64,000 nt of DNA from the human T2T-CHM13v2.0 reference genome, Homo sapiens, in assembly GCF_009914755.1 (NCBI RefSeq), contig NC_060925.1; one strand, given 5' to 3'. Shown one piece after another: positions 39,870-52,072 of the stretch (its first letter is position 1; every line of letters begins with the position of its first letter). The notes beneath the pieces are model-generated. The model was given only the letters and a program-made list of their open reading frames with translations. It was not told the DNA's origin and did not search any database. Position numbers and translations under genes: made by a program.

Positions 39870-41159
39870 CTTCTGATTTATTTATCTAGATCAGTTGACT
39901 GATGGATGTCACCTTTGCTTCTTGACTCTAAACTGAGTAATCACTGGAGGTCACCAGACTTAAAGCCAAATCCATCTATCTATATGGCATACTTAAACAT
40001 GGGGTATGTCCATAAACACAAGTCTTATGGTTTTCATTAGATTCTCAAATTCCCAAGGACGAACTTTATTGAAATATCATTCATAGAGTCACTGCCATTG
40101 GGAACCTTTTATATATTTAATAACCTTATAAAAAAGTCTTTTGTATACCTCATCAACCAAACCCTTTCAAACTGGTCCAGCCCAACCTACGTCATGCTCC
40201 CTGGCTTGATGGCAGGGAGCTTTCTGAATTGATTTTAGAGCCCACTCTCTTGGCTTGTGGATTATTTGTGCAACCACCTGCTTCCCTTACTCCCAGATAA
40301 TTGACTTGCCTGTTTTTACTCATTTACATGGAGAGAGAGCTACATAAATAAAATCCTTTTAATTTCCTTATTTGATTATAATTGCCCAGAGAGGAAAAAA
40401 CATGTCCTTTTTCCCCTGGGAGATGCAAACCTTTAGTATTTTGGTGATACACTTGGCAATGATTAATAATGAAATATTAAATAATTAAAATGGCAACAAT
40501 AATGATAATGATGGAGATGGTGACAGCCTCTATCTTTTGCTGAACACTCAAGTGTGCCAGGAACTGTACTAAGTCCTTCCCCGCATTAGCTCCTCTAATT
40601 TTGGCACCAGAACAGACCTGTCTCTCCTGCAAATTGAGGGGCAAACTTATCCTGTTCATGTTTGTGGAAGAGGGGCCGAGGAGCCAAGGGTCCTATAGCC
40701 CTGACTGCAGATCCAGAGAGTTCAAGAGCATCCTCCTGGAATCCCGACCTCATTCCAACTCATAGGGAGCACAGAACACCCCCAATCCACTTTTCAATTA
40801 TACACACATACACACATGCCCCCTATGTAATCATCCCAACAAATGTGCTGAGGGAAAATAAACTCTGCAAGACTGGTTTATAAAAATAGCAAAACTCATA
40901 GCACAAACCTGCTCTGTATAATTCATGCAGAAAACATGGAAATATCCTGATAAATTGTGCTTTTTGTAGTTTCCATGAATTTGCTGATTACACACAGTCA
41001 CATTGCATGCACAGACTGCCCCTGTATGTATTTCAATAATACTGCTTGTATTTCAGTAAAGAGATGGAGAGAGCCCAAGTTTGAAGACTGGCTGTGTCCG
41101 TGGGGAGCTTGCAATCTACCACTGGTGAGGCTGGTCCCAGCTCAGACATTTTTAGCTTA

Positions 41160-42160
41160 ATAATATTTACCAAGTCCCTGCAACGTGCCAGCATTGGTGA
41201 GCAGAGGGCTCCCCAGGGAGGAATAAGGGCCTAGTGGAGCAAGCAGACCCTAGAACAGATTAAAAATATGACAAAGTAGGTTTGATCACAGTGCAGAAAC
41301 AGAGGACCAGGTGGGCTTCCTGCAAGAGGGTCTGAGTCTTAAAGGATAAAGGCACAGTGACCAGAGAGGAAGGCGAAAATGGCATTCTAGGTAGAGGGAA
41401 CAGTAAGAGCAAAGGGTGCTGGGCACCAGGAAATGGAGGGTGGACAGGGTTGCTTGGTATCATCAAGGCATGCGGCGGGACAGGCAAGAGTTGAGGCTGG
41501 TGTGGGAAGCAGCAGTCAGAAAAGAAGAGAAGGCCCTGGCCACCCTGCCAAGGATCTTGGCTTCACTGTGTGGGTGAGAGGCCACTGAAAGTCCTATCCT
41601 AACTACTCAGGGAAATGTCCCTGCTCCCTCTGTGAAGCACTCTCAGGCCTCCTTCCTTTCCACCACAGTGCTTCTAAATCCAATTGGAATTTTATCATTA
41701 TCCAAGTGATTTGGGGGCACTGTCTCTCCATCTAGACACTGGGCTTTTCTGTTCACTGCATCTCCAGTGCCTAGCACATTTCTGGTACATATGAGCCACT
41801 CAATGTTTGTTGAATGAAATGGCTAATGAATGATCTTTGCAACTCATCATGAGATGGTTGGATGGGGGTGAGACTAGAGACTGGGAGGCCAGTTGCAAGG
41901 CTAGTGGAATAATTTTGCCTGATCAATGATAAGGGTCTCAGGAGAGAATGCATAAACATTTAAAAGGTACGAACAGTAGGCAGACATTGATGGATCTGGG
42001 TGTGGGGAGAGGGAGTTGTCTGGGTAAGTCCCAAGCTGGGCTGACATCCTAGAGAGGCAATGGGCCATTTCCTGAGATAAGGAACAAGGGAGAGGAGCAG
42101 GTTTTGGGGGAGGGTAGGAGAGGGAAAGCATGAGTCCATCATGGACTTGGTGAGCTGGAG
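41160..42160. mobile_element. Cluster of L2 fragments in both orientations
   Basis: Minus pieces at ~41160-41590 and ~41845-42160 (gactagagactgggaggccagtt); plus-strand 3' end at ~41720-41830 (tcaatgtttgttgaatgaa). Confidence 0.7.
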
Positions 42161-43271
42161 TCTGAGTTCCCAGAGGTTCCAAGCATTCTCTTCCTGGAAA
42201 CAGACACAGTGACCTCTCTGGCCACCCCAGGCAACCCCTCCACAGGCAGCATTAGGATTCATGCTGATCCTGCTGTAGACTGACCAGCCCCAGGTGCTTT
42301 TCCATTCCACCAGCCATGCCCCGAGTCATCAGACTCCCTGGGGGAAGGTGGGTGGAGGCCTGGCCCACAGAGCCTGCTGGTTGTAGCAGAGGACGAAAAG
42401 AATGTCTGCTGTAGAAATGAGATTCAAGCAGATGCCCCCGACAGGCCAGGGGACTGCTCCACACTGGGGCTCATGCCTTTCAGAACCTTTCTGGCTCATT
42501 GTAACAAGTCTATTACAGTGAGGTGTAAGACAGGCAGGCATAAAACAGTGTAGCCATCAGAGAGGGACGAGGCCAGGGCATAAAGTCCAGGAACTTCCTG
42601 GCCACTCAGTCTCCATTCCCAGGAATGGCCAAGGAAAAGGGGACAGGCCCTTAGCTGGAATTCATGGCCTAGAAATGGGTCTACCAGCCTCTCCATCCAT
42701 TCCCTGGGTAGGCCTGAACACACATTCTGGGCTGGGGAGCCAAGATGGAGAGCTGGCCAGAGGCATAATCGCCCTGCTCCTCCACCCAGTCTGTTCTGCT
42801 CAGTTAGCTTTTCTAAAGTTACCACATTGATCATGCCACTCTCCCACTCAACCTTCAGTGACCCCTTGTTGCCTTTGGAAGGAAGGTGAAGTCTGAAGCC
42901 CAGCCTTCAAAGCCACCTCTAGTTTAACCTCAACCTGACTTCTCGACATTTCAGCTCACTTCTCCCCAGAAGGCTATTTCACTGCAGCCAAACAGGTATC
43001 CTCACTGACTTAAGCCCTCATAAAAACAGAATCATTGACTGTTAGTGATGGAAGAAACCCTGGAAATCATCAAACCCAGCCTTCCATTTTACAGACAGTG
43101 ACATCCAGGACCAGGGAGGGGAAGTGACCTGCCTCTGGCTGAGGTCTGAGCTGAGTCTAGAGTATGTTGGTTTGTTCATTTGCCCATTCATTCTCATATT
43201 CAACCTGCATTGAGTGTCCATTTCCTGCCAGACACTATTGTAGTTCATGTATGAACATGAAACCTACCCTT

Positions 43272-43785
43272 AGTCATTTATTTAACAAATGTTTACTAAG
43301 CACCTTCTATGTGCCAGGCTAGAGTCAGAATGTAATAGGAAATAAAGCAGTGAAGTCCCTGCTTTCTTGGAGAGCTGGGGAGCTAGATCACCAATAAGAA
43401 AAACTATGTCAGATGGTGATAACTGCTATGAAGAACAACACGGGGGAAGGGGATAGAGACAGCGGCAGTGGGGATGCAAATTTTATCTAGGGTGTGAAAG
43501 GAATGCCTCTTCCATCAGTGGACATTGAATGGAAACTTGAAAGAAGTAAGGTTATCTGAGGAAGAGGGTCCAGGGAGAGGAAGCAGCAACTGCAAAGGCC
43601 CTGAGGCAGGAACGTGCTTGGCTAAAGAGAAGAACAGCAGGGAGGCCGCCAGGACTGCACAGAGCAAGAGAGAGAGTAATGTCAATAATCCCAGAGAGGG
43701 AGCAGGGATGTGCCAGCCACAGCAAGGACTCTGGCTTTTACTCAAAGTGAAAGGAGGCATCACTGGGTCCTGAGCAGAGGAGGGA
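43272..43785 (-). mobile_element. L2 fragment including 3' end
   Basis: catttatttaacaaatgtttactaagcacc...gcaaaggccctgaggcaggaacgtgcttgg...ggactctggcttttactc. Confidence 0.85.
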
Positions 43786-43898
43786 GGCAAGCTAAGACCT
43801 CACACAAAGGAAGGAAGGGCTAAACAGGGAACCCCTGCAGCTCCAATGCTGTACTTATACCCCAACTGCCTAGGTCATTCCTAATCATTCTTTAGATT

Positions 43899-44059
43899 CT
43901 GGCTGCTCAATGTGTGGTTCCCAGACCAGCAGAACTGGCATCACCAGGAAACTTATTAGAAGAATCACAGGCCTCACTCAGACCGTCTGAATCTGAATCT
44001 GCACTTAGCAAGATCCTCAGAAGGTCTGTGGTAGACGCATTAACATTTGAGAAGCTCTG
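43899..44059. mobile_element. MER5A1-type MITE
   Basis: ctcaatgtgtggttcccagaccagcag...tgaatctgaatctgcac...aacatttgagaagctctg. Confidence 0.8.
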
Positions 44060-44132
44060 TCCTGGATCTCAGGCCAAACACGACTTCCTCAAGGCATCCT
44101 CCAAACCCTCAGGCCCCACAAGGTGATTTATT

Positions 44133-45543
44133 TATTTTTAATTTTTTTTAGTATACTTTAAGTTTTGGGATACACGTGCAGAACGTGCAGGTCTGTTACA
44201 TAGGTATACACATGTCATGGTGGTTTGCTGCACCCATCAACCTGTCATCTATATTAGGTATTTCTCCTAATGCTAGCCCTTCTGTAGTCCCCCACCCCCC
44301 AACAGGCCCGGGTGTGTGATGTTCCCCTTCCTGTGCCCATATGTTCTCATTGTTCAACTCCCACTTATGAGTGAGAACATTCTGTGTTTGGTTTTCTGTT
44401 CCCGTGTTTGCTGAGAATGATGGTTTCCAGCTTCATCCATGTCCCTGCAAAGGACATGAACTCATCCTTTTTTATGGCTGCATAGTATTCCATGGTGTAT
44501 ATGTGCCACATTTTCTTTATCCAGTCTATCATTGATGGGCATTTGGGTTGGTGCCAAGTGTTTGCTATTGTGAATAGTGTCACAATAAACATACGTGTGC
44601 ATGTGTTTTGATAGTAAAATGATTTCTAATCCTTTGGGTATATACCCAGTAATGGGATTGCTGGGTCAAATGGTATTTCTGGTTCTAGATCCTTGAGGAA
44701 TCTCCACACTGTCTTCCACAATGGTTGAACTAATTTAATTTACACTCCCACCAACAGTGTAAAAGCATTCCTATTTCTCCACATCCTCTCCAGCATCTGT
44801 TGTTTCCTGACTTTTTAATGATCGCCATTCTAACTGGCATGAGATGGTATCTCATTGTGGTTTTGGTTTGCATTTCTCTAATGCCCAGTGATGATGAACT
44901 TTCTTTCATATGTTTGTTGGCCGAATAAATATCTTCTTTTGAGAAGTGTCTCTTTATATCCTTCGCCTACTTTTTGATGGTTTTTTTTTTTTTTTTTTTT
45001 TTTTTTTGTAAGTTCCTTGTAGATTCTGGATATTAGCCCTTTGTCAGACGGACAGATTGCAAAATTTTCTCCCATTCTGTAGGTTGCCTATTCTTTCTGA
45101 TGATAGTTTTTTTTTTGCTGTGTGGAAGCTCTTTAGTTTAATTAGATCCCATTTGTCAATTCTGGCTTTTGTTGCCATTGTTTTTGGTGTTTTGGTCATG
45201 GAGTCCTTGCCCATGCCTATGTCCTGAATGGTATTGCCTAGGTTTTCTTCTCGGGTTTTTATGCTTTTAGGTCTTACGTTCAAGTCTTTAATCCATCTTG
45301 AGTTAATTTTTGTATAAGGTGTAAGGAAGGGGTCCGGTTTCAGTTTTCTGCATATGGCTAGCCTGTTTTCCCAACACCATTTATTAAAGAGGGAATTCTT
45401 TCCCCATTGCTTGTTTTTGTCAGGTTTGTCAAAGATCAGATAGTTGTAGATGTGTGGCATTCTCTCTGAGGCCTCTGCTCTGTTCCATTGGTCTATGTAT
45501 CTGCTTTGGTACCAGTACCATGCTGCTTTGCTTACTGTAGCCT
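44133..45543 (-). mobile_element. 5'-truncated primate L1 (L1PA6/7-like), ~1.4 kb
   Basis: L1PA 3'UTR plus T-rich tail; ORF2 C-terminal remnants ([14 protein letters not shown]...[16 protein letters not shown]; DWIKKMWHIYTMEYYAAIKK); 18-bp TSD cccacaaggtgatttatt at 44115-44132 and 45544-45561. Confidence 0.98.
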
Positions 45544-45612
45544 CCCACAAGGTGATTTATTGTCTCAACGCAGTTTTGAATCCTCTTTCATACCATTTAC
45601 CACATTGTCATG

Positions 45613-45817
45613 CAATCGTTCTCCAACTTGCTGCACATGATAATCATCTGGGGAGAAGTAAAAAGTGCCAACGGTCCACTGCACCCCTCACCGATGACAT
45701 CAGAGCCTCTGGTGTGGAGACCCAGGCATTCACATTTTTTAATCTCTCCCCCTCCACCTTCCACCCCACATACACACCCTGGTGTTTCCAATGTACAACC
45801 AAAGTTTTGAACACTTG
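45613..45817. mobile_element. MER5A-type MITE
   Basis: gttctccaacttgctgcacatgataatcatctgggga...gacccaggcattc...ttccaatgtacaaccaaagtt. Confidence 0.7.
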
Positions 45818-48800
45818 TGGTAACTGAATCCTTCATGGTTCTCTCCTTTGTGTAAGTATCATGAGAGCAGGGACTGTGTTTGCCTTGTTTACTGCTGTTC
45901 TTTGCTCCCAAAACAGAGCCTGGCACAAAGTAGATGTTCAATAAATACTTCTCAAAGGAAAGCAGCGGGGCAGGAGGGGAAGAAGAAAGGAAGACTGTCC
46001 TGCTCTGACAAACTTACCTCAGATGAGTGGCAGCTGCTGCTATGTCAGGGTTAAAAATCAGAGCAGGGCCTCTGCAGAGCTGGTAACCAACTTCACAGAA
46101 AAAAAAAACCAGACACATTTTCTACTTCTCACTGCTAGGCACCCAGAAAAGCCAACATTGTGGAAGGGTGTCGGCTCTGTGTCTCTTTGTGAGGAGGTAA
46201 TCTGGTGCCTTCTGCTGGTGGGACCCCCTTGCAGGCCCCCTCCTACCTCCCCACCTGCCCCAGTCTCTCTGCAAGCAGCAGGGCTGAACAGGTCTTCAGG
46301 GATATATAATCTGGGAGAGCCCAAACCCTCCGTCCAGCTCCCCAGAGCTGGGGGGCTTAGCTCCATATCTACTGGGGTTTTTATCACAGAAATAAATCAG
46401 GGCCTTGTTTTACCCTCGAGTACACATTACTTTTCCTCTCTCACTAAAGCAAACTTCTCTCCCATCCCTTCTGGAGAGGTTCATTTAATAATGTGTGAAA
46501 TGAAATGTCAACAAGAATTAGAACAAATGGCATGGTAATCCCCAGCAGATGACAGGCAGCCAGAGGCAGGGCTGCTCCTACAGTCCCAAGCAGGGAGCCA
46601 ACGAGGGGGACCCCGCAGCCCTGACCCTGGGAAGGGGAACCTCTAGGCATACTGTCTCCCCGCTTGCAACTGAAATATGGTCTTTGAATTTCTGACAGAA
46701 GAACAGAAACTGCCTTTGACATAGGAAACAGCTTTTCTTTGACATACAATTAGCAAGGACAAGTGTTCCCTAGGGCGGGGCGCAAGAGGCCCCATCAGTC
46801 AGCCCATCAGAGGCCATGTGGATTGGGGGTCAGGGAATCAGAGCCTTGACCTGCTGCCAATAATCATCCGATCACCTTGCCTTGCACGGGGCTGCTGCTT
46901 TTCACAGGCTCCTGCAATCTATCAGCTTATCCTGCTCCAGGGACTTGGAGTATAAGAGAAAAATACCTCTGCCCTTTTGCCCACCTGAACCCTGGTGGGC
47001 ACAAGCCACGTCCACATAATTCAATAATGGAAATAGCACATGTTCATTGGGCATGTACTACGAGCCAGGTCCTGTACTAAAAATTGTATGTGCATTATTC
47101 CTTTTAATCTGCTCATCTATTCATTCAAACACATACTTATGGAGTATCTGCAATATACCAGGCACAGTTCTAGGCACAGTAGTGAATAGCCACAATCCCC
47201 CGTCCCTGTGGGGCTTGCACTTTTGTGTGGCGGGGGAGCAAGACAGATGGTAAAACAAATAGGAAAAACATCTAGTAGAGAATCAAATGGGGTGGCTGAC
47301 TGGGGCGCTGTGCCATAGTTCCTGCCCATGTCACTGAGTGCAGGGGTGGTGGGATGCCCGAGTCCATGCCAGGCAGGCACCTCAAGGTTGCTCTGCTTTG
47401 CTGAGCCAAGGGAACAGCCAGTGGGGACAAAAGTCAAATGTTCCAGGCACTGTCCCCACAGTTCCTACAGGTCTCTGAGGCCTGTGGGCCAAGCCCCTCC
47501 TGCCCTCCGGATAACCAACTCACTACACCCATCGCTGGCTTCTCCACCTTCCTGTCTCATGCCTGCCACCTGGGATTGCCGCCCCAAGTCTTGGTCCTGG
47601 CTCTGTTTTCAGGGGAACCCAAACCAAGACACAGGGTGAGATGTGTTAGGGAGAAAATAAAGCAGGAAAGGGGGTGGAGCTTCCATTTTAAGTCAGGAAG
47701 GAACTATAGCATTTCCATTTTCCAGAGGAGGAAATGAGGCTCTGGCTCCATTTAAATGGCTTTCTCAAGGTCAGCTAGGAAGTGCAGAACTTGGACTTCC
47801 CGGCCTTCTTTCTGACACAAAAGTGGAAATGTTCTTAAGCACCATACACCTGGCCTCTCTCCTGGATGAAGAACCGAAGCTAAAACCCATGAATGCTGTG
47901 CTGGAGGGAATGCGGAGAAGACAGGAGGAGGCACTCATGGGGACAACTTCTAGCAGAGGTGAGCTGCGAGCAGGAAAGGGCAAACTGTCCGGGAGAAGGG
48001 GACACCCAGGAGTGAAGTGAGTGTTCAGTGTGGGGAGGCTGCATCTCAGGCTGGATGGACGGGGCGGGGTGGCATTCTAATGGAGAAGGAAGTAATAAAA
48101 GCTACACCCCAGTATGAGTTCAGATGCAGCCAGAGGACCCTGGCTGAATCCTGGCCAAGAAGAGCAGCTGCAAATAGGGCAGAGGGGCCCTGGCCCCCAC
48201 CTGTTTCCACTCAGCTCCTTCTCCATGGAGCGCACCATGCCCAGCCTCACCCAGCCTGCAGCCCCAGCATCTCCTCAGAGCACTGTTTCACTCTCCCCTG
48301 CCCACTGGACTAGAGGCAGTTCAAGCTGGAGGAAACTTAAGACACTGGCTCATGGAATACTCTCATCTTACAGGGGAGGAGGCTGTGGTCCAGAGAGGGT
48401 GAGTGACTTGTCCAAAGTCACACAGTAAGGCAGAAGCAGACCTAAGGCTAGAACCTAAGTCTCCTGATGTTTCCTCAGGGGCTGGGCTAGCCGTTGCCCT
48501 TTCTCCTAGAAGAAGGGTTCTATTTGCACAGCGTGTTGCTGGGTCATGCCTCTTGTGCATCACCTGGACAGTCCCGAGCCTAGATGGGAAGAGGCTGGTG
48601 AGAACAGGAGGCCATCCAGATGTGTTCACTGCACTCAGATGATGCATCTGCCTTTACAAGGTGCTTTCTCACAGTCCTTCTGCCCCATGAAGCAGGCAGG
48701 ACAGGCATTATTCACCCCATTTTACAGAGGAAGAAACTGATGCTGAGGAAGTTGACTCGGCCCAGGAGTGGCATGGCCAGGACCCAAATCCAGAAACTGC

Positions 48801-50782
48801 TTCAAGTTTCGTTTTCTTTCCCATTACTCCAAGCTAAACCCAGCCGGGGCCGCACACTGATTACCTTTTATCAGCTGCAGAAAAGCCTCTGCTTTGGCAA
48901 GTTTTATAAAGGACTAAATCTGTCAGGAAAGCATAAAGACAGCGCCCTCATCCATCTTCTTGACAACTATTTATTAGACTTATTATTATGTAAATATAAA
49001 AGAGGAGGGGAAAACTACATTAAAAATCCAATCAAGTGGCTGCCTCTCTAAGGGGGTGAGAAGGGGTGGATTGCAGGGGAGGTAGAGGGAAGCCCAGGCC
49101 CCTCTGTCCCTCTGTCCCTTGTGGAGACCCATAGGGAGGCCCGGCTGAGGGGAGAGGAAAGAGTGGGGCGCAGGCCACAAGAAGCCCGCTCAGAGCTGGC
49201 AATGGCTGTGCTGCTGGCTTACACACCTGCCATTGTCATTCCACTCCGATAAACGAAAGGTTAAGATACAATTACAAAGCCAAATGGTGCCCTTGATTGC
49301 AACAGTGGGACAGCAGCTTAGCAGGACCCCCAAGGAGGCCCTTCCCAAGGAGACTCCCTCTGGAGGCTCCGTCTGGCCCAAGACTCCCTCTGTCATTTCC
49401 CCCAGTAGACCTTTGCGAGGTGAAGCCCGGCCAGCCATGCCCTGGGCACAGGGTGAGTCCCAGCTGCCCCTCCTGGGCATGCTGCCTGGACCCTGGGGCC
49501 TCCCAGCAGGCTGTGTGGGGGCATGTGCATGCTGCCCTGTAATGGATCTGTTCACGTGTCATCTCCCTGTCACCCTCTATTGCCCTGATGTTGGCTCACT
49601 GGTCTTTGTGTGTCTCCCGCAGTGCCTAGCACATACAAGGAACTCAGTAAATGTTCTTTTTTGAACACGTGAATATATTCCCTGGGGGTGATTACACTCC
49701 AAGGGGAGGGAAATGAAAACAAATATGGGCATTTCAGCCATTACCATTACCGGAGGCCCAGGTTGAACCAGGCGATGCAGTGAGCATGAACTCCCTGTCT
49801 TCACCGCCGCTCAGCCTTGGCACACATGGTGCTGTGCTGCCAATTGTCTGCCTGCTTCTGTCACTCAACCATGAGCCCCATGATGATGGGGCAGGGGCCT
49901 CAGTGCCAGAGCTGTGCCCAACACATAGTAGGTCCTCAACAGATATTTGAGGAAGGAAGGAGGTCAAGTGGTAGAGGGGAGGTGGTGGGACTGTCTTGAA
50001 CCACACAGCCCCACCCACGGACACACTGGACACCTGTGGAGAGCAGAAGTCAGCGAGAAGGAGTAAAGGCAGCCCCAGGGCACCCCTCCTCCTGCAGGGC
50101 AGATGATTTGTTGAGCAGAATGCCACCACTTGCCTCTGATGCCCTTGTTCGAGGTACACCAGCACAACCCCAGGTGGCAACTTCATGTGGCTCGGCATGC
50201 ACAGGAGGGGTTTCATGGAAGACAAATTCACACTGGATTAGTATAGAAGTTTGGAATGCATGGTGCAGCCTTCAACGTCAAGGGCAAATCCCATGGGCCC
50301 TTCTATGGCTATCTCCCACTAACGGAGCACTGCCAGTTTCAGACACTGTACTGAGAGATTTACATCTATGGCCTACCCCCATTAACCCTCACAACAATCC
50401 CACGAAGCAGGCACTGTCACTGCCCATTCCACAGATGAATGCACTGAGGCTCACGGGGGAGCTTGGCAGCTGCTCTCACTGGCCCAGGACAGCCATTTGT
50501 GTGGAAATGATCGATTCAGGCTTTGGCCGGGTCTCAGCCTTGCCCCTTCATCACTTTCTCAGAGCCCTGAAGTTCCAGGGCTCTTGCCTCAGCTTCTGTG
50601 CTCAAAAGTCCCCAGCAGCTGGGTTTTCTGCCAAACAAGAACCTTGAGTAGGGTCCTGGGCTGTCATCAGTGTTGCAGGGTGATGTTTACTAAGAACTTG
50701 CCTTCCTTTGGTGTCTGATGCCCACACCAATTAGGGTCCTCTGAGGTCTTGGTGCACTGGCCCTGCAGCCTGTCTCCATGCT

Positions 50783-51023
50783 GTATGAGTGGTGCAAGGA
50801 GCATGGGCTTTGGCGTCAGATGGACTGGGCTCTGGTCCTGGCTCCACCGTGTCACTTACTAGCCCTGTGACCTCAGACAAGCTTTAGTTCCTCATCTGAG
50901 AAAAGGGGAGAACACTACCAACATCACTAGGTGTTGTGAGTATTAAGTGTGTACATAATGATGTACAGCACTCGACCCAGTGCTTGGCACATAGTAGGTA
51001 CTTGATAAATGGTAGCTGTTATT
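50783..51023 (+). mobile_element. MIR SINE
   Basis: gagcatgggctttggcgtcaga...cacttactagccctgtgacc...ggcacatagtaggtacttgataaatggtagct. Confidence 0.88.
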
Positions 51024-51845
51024 GGTAATAAATTATCAGCTCAGCTGTTATATGTAAGTGCAACAAAGTGTTATCAAGGCTGTGGTGGGCCCATGCTCAG
51101 AGTACAGTAGACACACAAAGCAGGAGGTGACTCATAATGTCCTGTGTGCATAGGGAGGGTTGGGGGAAAGAGTTTGGGGAAGGCCAGGAAAGGCTCCATA
51201 ATTCCTAGTCTGAGTTGGTGTTCAAGTCGTGGGCAAGGGGAAAGGCATTCCATTCAGAAATGGAACAAAACACTGAGCCACTGTTTCTCGTAGACCATGT
51301 GCTGAGCAAAGGGCTGAGAGCATAGTCAGTGCTCCATGTGGCAGTTGTTGAGTAGACAAGATGGGAGCAATGTTGTCTGAGTCCTTCATGCCCTCCTTGG
51401 CACTGGGAAGGGCAGCCGGCCTTTCTTGATGACCATTCAAAGCCTCCAGCCCCAGGGCCTGCCAGGATCACTCCCAAGTCTCCAGACCCCCCTGGCTTAG
51501 TGCATTCCTGTTTCCTTATTTTCTAACCTCATTGGACTGAGAATACCACATTCTCCTTTTAATACTCCCCCAGAGACTTGCAGATTATTATTAAATACTG
51601 AAAAGTGAGAAGTCTGAAGGTTGTGTTCCTCTTCAGGTTTGCAGGGGGTTTATCCATATCTTGCCAGAGCTGGTCTTAGTTCCCACACCACATATGGGGG
51701 CCCCACTGGGTAGGCAAGGCCAAGGAGATAGCTGTTCAACCAGTGAATCTGCCAATCAATAACAAATGCATAAGAAAGAACTGCATGGATCAGGAACTCT
51801 ATTAGGCTCTGCAGATACAATGGCAGACTCAGGATTAGTCCCTTT

Positions 51846-52072
51846 TTTTGCTCTCTTTTGGTTCCTATTTGCATGGAATATCTTTTTCCATCCTTTCACT
51901 TCCAGTCTGAGTATCCTTTAAGGTGAAGTGAGTCTCTTGTAGGCTGCATAGAGGTGGGTCTTGTTTTTTTTTAAGCCATTCAGCTACTCTATGCCATTTG
52001 ATTAGAGAATTTAATCTATTTACATTCAAAGTAATTATTGATAGACTGGTACCATTTTATTAATTGTTTCTG
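51846..52072 (-). mobile_element. Internal L1 fragment (start of ORF2 endonuclease) flanked by direct repeats
   Basis: The reverse complement matches the L1 ORF2 5' region (ataattactttgaatgtaaat...ctatgcagcctacaagagactcacttc...atattccatgcaaat); flanks caggattagtcccttt 51830-51845 and caggactagtcccttt 52077-52092. Confidence 0.85.

Noticed and set aside
45044-45550. 168-aa ORF with clear protein homology
   Set aside because: It is a frameshifted L1 ORF2 C-terminal remnant, not a host gene.
50036-50647. Longest ORF (203 aa)
   Set aside because: Non-ATG start, runs through a MIR fragment, and has no protein-family resemblance.
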